Source: Candidatus Poribacteria bacterium (lineage in GTDB: Bacteria; Poribacteria; WGA-4E; PCPOR2b). Taken from it: a DNA stretch of 64,000 bases. The stretch lies in NCBI GenBank assembly GCA_965198175.1, contig OZ240245.1, forward strand, positions 2,848,001 to 2,912,000. Reading direction: 5' to 3'. Below the pieces are notes generated by a model. The model saw only the letters and a list, made by a program, of their open reading frames with translations, ran no database searches and was not told the DNA's origin. Of the stretch, positions 49,754-58,185 are shown in pieces. How positions within the stretch are numbered: position 1 is the first letter of the stretch; every line of letters starts with the position of its first letter. Both the position numbers and the translations under genes were made by a program.

Positions 49754-51427
49754 TTAACTTCCTTCACTGTAGCTGTCTGGAAGGTCATTTTCAAATAATA
49801 CGACATCGCCGGATTTTATGATATTCGTCAAGGATTCCGACGCTTGTGTAAGGTTTTCAACAAGCAGTATCTTCTCCTTTGGAAACCCAGCAGTTCTTAA
49901 CCCTTCTAAAATCGGTTTAGTTTGTATGGGACCCACCAAGATGACGAATTCACATACCTTGGCGGCTTCGGCGCCGAAGGTTTTGTTTTCATCGAATTCC
50001 ATATCTCCTAGCTCTACCATGCCTGGGGTAACGAGGATCTTTCTGCCATCGCTAAACCCTTCCAATACCTCAAGCGCCGCTCTAGCCCCTACTGGGTTAG
50101 CATTGAATCCATCATCAACAACGGTTACGCCGCCAGCGCCCGAAATCAACTGCAATCTGTGCGGAATCGGTTCGAGCAATTTTGTTGCATGGCTCACGTT
50201 ATCTAAGGTTACCCCACATTCTAAAGCAACTGCAGTAGCAGCTAAGATATTATAAACGTTATTTCTCCCAAGGAGCTTGGTTTCTACCTTACACGTTTCG
50301 CCCGACGATTTTTCAATAATAAAGGTAAGTCCACGGCGGGTGTTTTCAATTTTGCGCGCTGTCAATTCGACCTTTTCATCCAGTCTATCCACCGCATACC
50401 TCGCCATTTTGATGGTGGTTTTATTCGCTAGCTCCGAACAGATTTCATTATCATCATTGAAAACCGCAATCCCATCTTGAGGCAAAGACTCAATCAGCTC
50501 ATATTTTGTGCGTGCAATATTTTCAATGTTTTTGAACCGTTCTAGATGCTGGGCACCCACTGCCGTGAGTATACCGATTTCTGGGTATACCAATCGACAC
50601 AATTCCCTGATATCGCCCCTTTGATATGCTCCCATTTCTACAATAAATATCTCGTGCTCCGGTTCAAGCTGTCCCCTAATCACTTTGCAAATCCCCATAG
50701 GAGTATTGTAACTGTCGGGAGTCATTAAAACATTGAATTTTTGCGAGAGCATCGAATTCAGAATGTACTTTGTGCTTGTTTTGCCGTAACTCCCTGTGAT
50801 AGCAATTACCTTGGGATGAAGATTTCTCATCTTTTTCCGGGCAGATCGAAGGTAACATTGGTTTATCGTTTGCTCTAAGGGATAGATAAGGAGATTAGCC
50901 AAGGTTAGATTGATAGCGGCGAGTTGATTCAATAAAAATGTGAAAATGAGTAAAACCAAAAATTGCGAGTAGAGTTGATGACCCGCAAGTCGCCAGAGGG
51001 ACAATTCACCACTTAACCATATTAGTGCTATAACTGCGGTGACGAGCAGCACAATAGAAAGCCCAAAGACTCGTTTTGCTCTTGCTGTGTAAACGAGAGG
51101 TTTCTTCGATTTGAACTTTTTTTGCTTGGCGACAAAATAAGCTTCAACGCCTATCCAAGATAAGATAAAAAAGGGCAAAAATAAAGTTTTTAAGTTTAAT
51201 GGATAGAGGATTAGCGCTGGAACGATAAGACAGCCGGTAGCTACAATCTCCCCGACATCAAACAGCCGTTTTGGATGACTTCTTAGCCAACCTAAAAACC
51301 TTCCACTTTTATATCCCTCTAATTGGAGAATATGGAGTGCACGAATGGTTCGAACAACAGCTCTCACAAGCCAAACTAAAATAGCTGGAATTACAAGCAG
51401 CCCGACATAGTTAATAAAATCCGACAT
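49754..51427 (-). CDS. murF: UDP-MurNAc-tripeptide--D-Ala-D-Ala ligase with N-terminal membrane domain
   Basis: ITGSYGKTSTK, SYNTPMG, EMGA, DDGFNANP; ~200-aa hydrophobic N-terminal extension. Confidence 0.85.
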   Translation of the reverse strand: MSDFINYVGLLVIPAILVWLVRAVVRTIRALHILQLEGYKSGRFLGWLRSHPKRLFDVGEIVATGCLIVPALILYPLNLKTLFLPFFILSWIGVEAYFVAKQKKFKSKKPLVYTARAKRVFGLSIVLLVTAVIALIWLSGELSLWRLAGHQLYSQFLVLLIFTFLLNQLAAINLTLANLLIYPLEQTINQCYLRSARKKMRNLHPKVIAITGSYGKTSTKYILNSMLSQKFNVLMTPDSYNTPMGICKVIRGQLEPEHEIFIVEMGAYQRGDIRELCRLVYPEIGILTAVGAQHLERFKNIENIARTKYELIESLPQDGIAVFNDDNEICSELANKTTIKMARYAVDRLDEKVELTARKIENTRRGLTFIIEKSSGETCKVETKLLGRNNVYNILAATAVALECGVTLDNVSHATKLLEPIPHRLQLISGAGGVTVVDDGFNANPVGARAALEVLEGFSDGRKILVTPGMVELGDMEFDENKTFGAEAAKVCEFVILVGPIQTKPILEGLRTAGFPKEKILLVENLTQASESLTNIIKSGDVVLFENDLPDSYSEGS

Positions 51428-51429
51428 GA

Positions 51430-52188
51430 TTATTTTCCTAAGAATCTCGAAACAATTCGGCAAAACTGAGGATAACTATCTAGGTAAGAAAAATGCCCTG
51501 CATTCTGTAGAACAACTAAGCCCGCATCTCCAATCTCTTTTTCCATAATTTTCGCATGTGCGATCGGAGTTGCTGTGTCTTTCTCTCCCCAGACAAGCAA
51601 GGTTGAAGCTCTGATTTTGGGTAATAGCGGTTTTAAATCTTCATTAACGATTTTAACAAATGTCCCCCGCATTTCACCCGCATCTTGATAATCCTTGGAG
51701 CCGACTAATCTAGAAATAGCGTTCCTGACTTTTTCGCCGAAGGCTCCAAATAATCGCCTCGAAAAAAGCAGTTTCCCAATCTTGGCAATTGACACGCGAA
51801 CATGATACTTGAATGTACGTCGAGGTTTTATCCCCGCGCTATCAACCAAGATTAACTTATCCACTTTTTCTGGATGTTTGGCTGCTAATACAATCGCAAT
51901 TCTTCCGCCGAAGGAATGGGCGATTATACTCGCTTTAGCAACTCCGAGCTTTGTGAAAAGGGCTGAAACAAATAGTGCGTAGTCATCAGCACCCCAAGGA
52001 CAAGGTGGCAAATCACTGTTACCAAATCCGGGCAGGTCTAACGCATACGCTTTGTAGTCGCTGACGAGACAATCAAAGACGGGCTTGAAACTTACTGTCT
52101 GTCCGCCCCATCCGTGAAGTAGAACAACTGCTTCGCCTTCCCCTTCAACTTTGTAAAAAACTCTAAGCCCGTCAACCTCAATAAACAT
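51430..52188 (-). CDS. Alpha/beta fold hydrolase
   Basis: LLHGWG, DLPGFG, AHSFGG nucleophile elbow, GEKD, AGHF. Confidence 0.9.
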   Translation of the reverse strand: MFIEVDGLRVFYKVEGEGEAVVLLHGWGGQTVSFKPVFDCLVSDYKAYALDLPGFGNSDLPPCPWGADDYALFVSALFTKLGVAKASIIAHSFGGRIAIVLAAKHPEKVDKLILVDSAGIKPRRTFKYHVRVSIAKIGKLLFSRRLFGAFGEKVRNAISRLVGSKDYQDAGEMRGTFVKIVNEDLKPLLPKIRASTLLVWGEKDTATPIAHAKIMEKEIGDAGLVVLQNAGHFSYLDSYPQFCRIVSRFLGK

Positions 52189-52262
52189 CTTAATACTCAA
52201 CTATAACGTGTCAATTAATTTTGGTCTTGGTATCCCGTGCCGAACCCCTTGCGAGGACCTAT

Positions 52263-53747
52263 TCATCGGCTCAATCTCAACTGTTCAAGAAACACCGACG
52301 CGACCTCCCGATCATCGAAATGAAACCGTTGTCCATTAATTTCTTGATAAGGCTCATGCCCTTTTCCTGCGATGGCGACAAAGTCGCCTGGCTTTGCCAA
52401 GCATATCGCATGAGCAATAGCCTCTTTCCGATTCACGATCTGAACGTAGTTCGCACCATCTGGCAAGCCGTCCACAATATCAGCGATGATTAAATCGGGG
52501 TCTTCAGTACGCGGGTTGTCGGAGGTAATTACGCTGTAATCGGCGATTGTGACGGAAATCGTACCCATCTGCGGACGTTTGGCGGAATCTCGATCTCCTC
52601 CACAGCCAAACACGCAGATTAACCGCCCCATCGTAATCTTTCGAGCGGCAGTCAGAAGATTTTCGAGACCGTCCGGTGTATGTGCGTAATCCACAACGAC
52701 CGCGAAATCCTGACCCTTTTCAACCCGCTCAAATCGTCCCGGCACGATTGTTGATTCAAGTCCTTCTCTGATTGTTTGTAGAGAACAACCGTGATGCAAC
52801 CCCACTCCTATTGCGGCAAGCGCGTTGTAAAGATTGTAATCCCCTAACAACTGCAGTTTCACGCGGATGTTTCCCGATGGCGTAATTGCGGTAAAAATGA
52901 GTCCGTTAAGCGTTGACTCTACATCACGAACGGTAAGATTGGCTCGACTTCTGACGCCATATGTCAAGATGCTATCCTGATTCACTATTAGGCTTATTCG
53001 CTGTCGAATTAGATCAGAAACGGTAGCGTCAGCATTGAGAATTGCCATCCCGTCTTGAGATCGAAGCTGCTGAAATAGCATGAGTTTAGCATCAAGATAG
53101 TTTTCCATCGTCCGATGGTAGTCGAGGTGATCTTGCGTTAAATTTGTAAAAACAGCCGTCTCAAACGTAAGGCCCGCCAACCGATGCTGCGCTAGTCCTT
53201 GAGACGAAGTTTCCATGATAGCATATCCTATGTCGGCAGCAGCAATCTTGGCAAATAACCCATGCAGGGCAAGTGGATCTGGAGTTGTTGTAGCAGCTGG
53301 AATGGATACATTCCCATAGCGATGACTAACCGTACCCATGATTGCGGATTTGATGCCGGCAGTTTTGAAGATGGAATGCACAAAGTACGCGGTCGAGGTC
53401 TTGCCGTTCGTTCCAGTGATACCAATCAGTTTCAGCTTAGTGGCGGGGGTATCGTACCAATTGGCTGCGATAACTGACAGCGCAATTCGTCCATTCGGTG
53501 TTTGAATGTAAGTCACATTTGGCGGAAGGCCATTTGAAGGCAGTTTTTCACCGACAATTACAGTTGTACCATTTTGGATTGCCTGCTGAATAAATGTGTG
53601 TCCATCGACTTTGACACCCTCATAGCAGACGAAAGCACATCCTGGCTGTACCTCGCGATGATCGCTGACAACGCTACCAATTTCTCGATCAATAGCGCCA
53701 ACTGAGGAGAATACGTCTACACCGCGGAGTAAACTTTGGAGATTCAC
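52263..53747 (-). CDS. murE: UDP-MurNAc-dipeptide--2,6-diaminopimelate ligase
   Basis: GITGTNGKTS, TTP, TQDHLDYH, DYAHTPD, DNPR (meso-DAP type). Confidence 0.96.
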   Translation of the reverse strand: MNLQSLLRGVDVFSSVGAIDREIGSVVSDHREVQPGCAFVCYEGVKVDGHTFIQQAIQNGTTVIVGEKLPSNGLPPNVTYIQTPNGRIALSVIAANWYDTPATKLKLIGITGTNGKTSTAYFVHSIFKTAGIKSAIMGTVSHRYGNVSIPAATTTPDPLALHGLFAKIAAADIGYAIMETSSQGLAQHRLAGLTFETAVFTNLTQDHLDYHRTMENYLDAKLMLFQQLRSQDGMAILNADATVSDLIRQRISLIVNQDSILTYGVRSRANLTVRDVESTLNGLIFTAITPSGNIRVKLQLLGDYNLYNALAAIGVGLHHGCSLQTIREGLESTIVPGRFERVEKGQDFAVVVDYAHTPDGLENLLTAARKITMGRLICVFGCGGDRDSAKRPQMGTISVTIADYSVITSDNPRTEDPDLIIADIVDGLPDGANYVQIVNRKEAIAHAICLAKPGDFVAIAGKGHEPYQEINGQRFHFDDREVASVFLEQLRLSR

Positions 53748-53804
53748 ATCATAGTACCTACATTTTCAGACAGTATAGCGGGGAATTCCGACTTCACCGT
53801 TCTC

Positions 53805-55535
53805 TCAATTCGTATCATAGACGTCTACGTCCGTTGTTCTTTGGGCGAACAGATCTTTGTGGGTCAGATAGCGCATCACCTGGTCGGCAATATCTCGGAA
53901 AATCGGAGCGGTGACTCTACTACTCAGCGGAGCCCCAGCAGGTTCGTCAACGACAACAATAATTGAAATCTGCGGATCTTCGGCAGGAAGAAAACCTGCA
54001 AAACTGGTAATGACTTTGCCGTTCACATACCCTTTACCTTTTTCCGCTTTCTGTGCTGTACCTGTTTTACCGGCTACGCGGTATCCCCTTACCCGTGCGT
54101 GTATGCCACCGCCAAGTTCCGTGACCCTGACAAGCATGTCGGTGATTGTCTCCGCTGTTTCGGGCGACATCACACGGCGAATCGGTGTTGGGTGAAAACG
54201 CTTCAGCGGACCTCCATTGCTATCAAGAATCTGTTGGGTCACATAAGGTTTTAGCAGGACGCCACGCGTAGCGATTGCGTTCATGGCATTCAACATTTGG
54301 ATTGCTGTCACGGAAATACCCTGACCGAAAGGCACCGTAGCCATCGAATAGTCATCCCACTTGCGAAACCCTCTTAGGCTACCGTCCTGCTCGTAGGGCA
54401 AATCTATACCCGTTTTCTGCCCAAAGCCGAAACGTCGCGTATAATCCTCTAGACGCTCTTTCTTGAGACTATTCGCAACCTTGAGGATACCGATATTACT
54501 CGATTTTTGAATCACCTCCGTGAGCGTTAGCCAGGTGTTCGGCTTAATATCGTTGATGACATGCCCATTCGGCAAACGGTACCTCCCCATTTCGCAATAC
54601 ACCTGCGAATCGGCTGACATGACTTTTTCGTTGATTGCGGCTGAAGCCGTGACAACCTTAAACACTGAACCCGGTTCATACTGTGCCCAGATTGCGAGGT
54701 TTCGTTTGGATGACTCTTTACTCTGAGAATAGCGGTTTGGGTTATAGCTCGGATAATTCGCCATCGCTAGGATTTCACCGCTTTTCGAGTGCATGACGAT
54801 TACCGAACCCGATTTGGCACGCCATTTCTTACATCCTGCAATTAGTTCTTTCTCCGCAACATATTGAATAGATTCATCAAGTGTAAGGACAATGTTATTA
54901 CCATGCGCCGCTGCGTCCGGAAGAAGATCTAAAGGGCTACTAGAGGGTGCGTTCGCATTCACAGAATCGACCGTCGACTCCAATTCTTGAGGTGCCAAAT
55001 AGGCGTTGTGTTGATGTTCAATCCCTTCAATGCCTTCATTCGCAAAATCCGTATAGCCGACAATGTGACACCCCAGTTCGCCTTTAGGATAACGCCGCTT
55101 TCCAGCAACCTCATATTTTAATCCATAAATATCTTTCGTGATCCCCCGAAGGTCCTTCAAAAGACTGTAATCCAAATTCCGGACAAGCGGAACGTACTGT
55201 CTATCCTTTTTCCGAAGCTGCGACAGCAATTTAGATTCTGTAGTCCCTAGCACAGGAGCAAGTTTACGGGCAACCTCATGAGGTTCAACTTTCATAACTT
55301 TAGGATCCGCAACAACTGAAACCAAGTCTTGATTGATTGCAAATACACTACGTTGCCGATCGAGAATCTTACCACGCTTAATTTGAGACTTCGCCTGAGT
55401 AGGTCGTAGTTTCCGCAAGAGCGACTCACGCTGAACACACTGAATCAGAAAGAGTCTACCAATCAGCACAACCATGCAGATCTCTAAGACAATGAGTATC
55501 TTTACAATTCGGGAAGAATGGATGGTTCGAATCAT
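53805..55535 (-). CDS. ftsI: Class B penicillin-binding protein FtsI/PBP3
   Basis: EPGSVFK, SSN, KTGTAQ motifs; dcw position. Confidence 0.92.
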   Translation of the reverse strand: MIRTIHSSRIVKILIVLEICMVVLIGRLFLIQCVQRESLLRKLRPTQAKSQIKRGKILDRQRSVFAINQDLVSVVADPKVMKVEPHEVARKLAPVLGTTESKLLSQLRKKDRQYVPLVRNLDYSLLKDLRGITKDIYGLKYEVAGKRRYPKGELGCHIVGYTDFANEGIEGIEHQHNAYLAPQELESTVDSVNANAPSSSPLDLLPDAAAHGNNIVLTLDESIQYVAEKELIAGCKKWRAKSGSVIVMHSKSGEILAMANYPSYNPNRYSQSKESSKRNLAIWAQYEPGSVFKVVTASAAINEKVMSADSQVYCEMGRYRLPNGHVINDIKPNTWLTLTEVIQKSSNIGILKVANSLKKERLEDYTRRFGFGQKTGIDLPYEQDGSLRGFRKWDDYSMATVPFGQGISVTAIQMLNAMNAIATRGVLLKPYVTQQILDSNGGPLKRFHPTPIRRVMSPETAETITDMLVRVTELGGGIHARVRGYRVAGKTGTAQKAEKGKGYVNGKVITSFAGFLPAEDPQISIIVVVDEPAGAPLSSRVTAPIFRDIADQVMRYLTHKDLFAQRTTDVDVYDTN

Positions 55536-55556
55536 TTTCCTTTAGACTAACAATCG

Positions 55557-55856
55557 TCAGTTGTTGTCATCCTGAAGTATCTGGGCTGGCTCAGAAGGCT
55601 GAATCATTTTGAGTTTTTTAGCGATTTTATGAATGCGTTCTATCGAAGTCAATTCTGCTTCCTGCATTTCAAGTTTGCTGATTTCGTCGAGTAAGAATTT
55701 CCGATGTGGCTCAAGTTCCTCACGAACTTCCTCAGCAATCTTGTTTTGATAGGAGGAAAACCACACGGTCACAAAGAAGATGCACACATACAATGCTAGG
55801 ACACAGTATGCAAATGGAGTCAGTTTTTTCGACGTTCTCAACCTTAGACGTTTCAT
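55557..55856 (-). CDS. ftsL: Cell division protein FtsL-like
   Basis: Basic N-terminus, one TM, coiled coil, ERIHKIAKKLKM; lies between rsmH and ftsI. Confidence 0.75.
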   Translation of the reverse strand: MKRLRLRTSKKLTPFAYCVLALYVCIFFVTVWFSSYQNKIAEEVREELEPHRKFLLDEISKLEMQEAELTSIERIHKIAKKLKMIQPSEPAQILQDDNN

Positions 55857-56079
55857 AGAATATCTGAATACAATAATAGAAAGATTATGTGTGTGCTTTA
55901 CCCAATCGCTAAAATCTGTTCAGTGAAGCAAAAGATAGCAACTTGTGCCAGTTCGGGGAATGCTTAAATTCCCGACGATGCGTACAATTTCTTCACCATG
56001 AATCTAGCAAGAAATCTTACCGTGTGAAGTGAGATGGAATTGATTTTCTACTAATTATAGAAGACGCTCAATTGATGAT

Positions 56080-57054
56080 TTAAGATTCACAGATCTTCAT
56101 CGCAGCGCGCAATTTTGCACTGCGACATCGGGGGTTTTTCCGAATTTCATCAGGCTGTGGAGTAATTGGACGTTTCGTGAGTATTTGAAGAGACGGCTTG
56201 TGATGGCAAACACAGATTGGCGTTTTAGGTGGACAGACGCAGGAGCAGGAAAGTTTACGAAATCGTTGTTTTACAATCCGATCCTCAAGCGAATGGAATG
56301 AAATGACACAAATGCGTCCACCCGGCGCTAATGCTGAAACCGCACAATCCAAACCTAATTGAAGACGCATTAATTCATCGTTGACATAAATTCTGAGCGC
56401 CTGAAAAACTCGTGTTGCATTGTGGATACGCGACGTCCTTGCCTTTGGGGGAATTGCCGACTGGACAATCTCAGCAAGTTGAAGCGTGGTGGTGATGGGT
56501 CGGTTTTTTCGACATTGAACGATTCGGTGAGCGATGTTCCGCGCATAGCGTTCTTCGCCAAAATCCCAAAAAATGCCAGTTAGCTTTTCCTCGCTGCTCC
56601 TTTTTACAACCTCTTCCGCAGACAGTGACTGACATGGATTCATACGCATATCTAGCGGACCAGAGTGAGTAAAACTAAATCCACGATCCGGCCTATCAAG
56701 TTGCAGGGATGAAACACCCAGATCCAATAAGACTCCATCGACATCAGTTACTGAATGTGTTTCAAGAATCACATCCAAATGAGCGAAGTTTCCATGAACC
56801 AAAGTCCACTGGCCCCTGAATCCACTAAGATTTTCCCTGGCGATCGCCAATGCCTCTGAATCCAAATCGACCCCGAGGAGGTACCCGTCCGGCGCACACG
56901 CCCGTAATATGGAAGCCGAATGTCCCCCTAACCCGACTGTGCCATCAATATAATAACCATCCTCCTTCGGTTGTAACAATTCAATTACTTCATTGACTAA
57001 GACCGATATGTGTGCCGTCTCTATCTCCTCCTGAAACTTCTCGACCGACGACAT
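56080..57054 (-). CDS. rsmH: 16S rRNA m4C1402 methyltransferase
   Basis: DGTVGLGGHS, DLGVSSLQLD, FQALRIYVN, NPRCRSAKLR. Confidence 0.97.
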   Translation of the reverse strand: MSSVEKFQEEIETAHISVLVNEVIELLQPKEDGYYIDGTVGLGGHSASILRACAPDGYLLGVDLDSEALAIARENLSGFRGQWTLVHGNFAHLDVILETHSVTDVDGVLLDLGVSSLQLDRPDRGFSFTHSGPLDMRMNPCQSLSAEEVVKRSSEEKLTGIFWDFGEERYARNIAHRIVQCRKNRPITTTLQLAEIVQSAIPPKARTSRIHNATRVFQALRIYVNDELMRLQLGLDCAVSALAPGGRICVISFHSLEDRIVKQRFRKLSCSCVCPPKTPICVCHHKPSLQILTKRPITPQPDEIRKNPRCRSAKLRAAMKICES

Positions 57055-57121
57055 GACTAGTTAATCCTCAGCCCGCGTGACCTTCTGAACCTCCATAAGC
57101 TTTTACCTTCATCAAGAATTT

Positions 57122-57206
57122 ATTATATCATAGGTATAGACAGTGTCAAGCTAAAATCTTCAGTCGTGTGATCTCCGTTGACACCATTTTGCCGATATGT
57201 TATTCT
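57122..57206. promoter_or_regulatory. Back-to-back divergent sigma-70 promoters (rsmH/dcw on -, SDR on +)
   Basis: Minus: TTGACA(57149-57144)-N16-TATAAT(57127-57122). Plus: TTGACA(57178-57183)-N17-TATTCT(57201-57206). Both have a TG extension. Confidence 0.7.
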
Positions 57207-57312
57207 ATTTGAAAAGATTAACTACACGAAGTAAATCTCCGGCGGATTATCGGAAGCAAAAATGGCAGCTACACAAGTAGTTTGTCTACCGGCTTGTAAG
57301 GAGAAAGATACT

Positions 57313-58062
57313 ATGAGACTTGCAGACAAAGTTGCAATAATCACAGGAGGCGCCTCTGGAATTGGACAAGCAACCGCCCTTTTGTTTGCGAAGGAGGGGG
57401 CGAAGATTGTTGTGGCAGATGTGAATGAGACGGGCAGTCATGAAACGGTAGATCAGATTCGATCAGCCGGTGGCAAAGCAATCTCCGTCCTCACCGACGT
57501 AACTTCAGCCAAAGATGTTGAAGCCTTGGTGCAATCTGCATGCAACGCTTACGACAAACTAGATGTGTTGTTCACCGGTGCCGGAATCGCAATGCGCCTT
57601 CCTGTCGTGGAATTGCCGGAGGAAGATTGGGACCGCTGCATCGCTATCAATTTGAAAGGGATTTATCTCTGTTGCAAATACGCGATACCCGAAATGATAA
57701 AGAACGGTGAGGGGGCGATTATCAGTGTGTCGTCAATCTACGGAATTGTTGGAGCCAAGAACCGCGCTGCTTACCTGGCCTCCAAAGGAGGTGTTGCCAA
57801 TCTGACGCGCGGTATGGCGCTAGACTACGCCGCCGATAACATTCGCGTCAACTGCATCTGTCCCGGATTCACGGATACACCGCTTGTTCGAAACATCGTA
57901 AAAACGCAGGCAGAATATCAGGCCCTTGCAGAACAACACCCGATGAGCCGTCTCGCCACACCACTGGACATTGCTTACGGCGCACTGTACTTGGCATCTG
58001 ACGAAGCCTCCTTCGTCACCGGAATCGCCCTGCCAATTGACGGAGGGTACACGGCGGGATAG
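57313..58062 (+). CDS. Short-chain dehydrogenase/reductase
   Basis: TGGASGIG, YLASK, IRVNCICPG, DGGYTA. Confidence 0.93.
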   Translation: MRLADKVAIITGGASGIGQATALLFAKEGAKIVVADVNETGSHETVDQIRSAGGKAISVLTDVTSAKDVEALVQSACNAYDKLDVLFTGAGIAMRLPVVELPEEDWDRCIAINLKGIYLCCKYAIPEMIKNGEGAIISVSSIYGIVGAKNRAAYLASKGGVANLTRGMALDYAADNIRVNCICPGFTDTPLVRNIVKTQAEYQALAEQHPMSRLATPLDIAYGALYLASDEASFVTGIALPIDGGYTAG

Positions 58063-58185
58063 AGAAAAGGCAAGGAAGAATAGAAAACTAAGAAGCGTAG
58101 AGAATTGGGAGTTCGAGTTCAGGAGCCGGCGAGATGGATTCATTCGTGCACCATGTTTCGCATTTCGATGGGGAAATGGTTGAAA

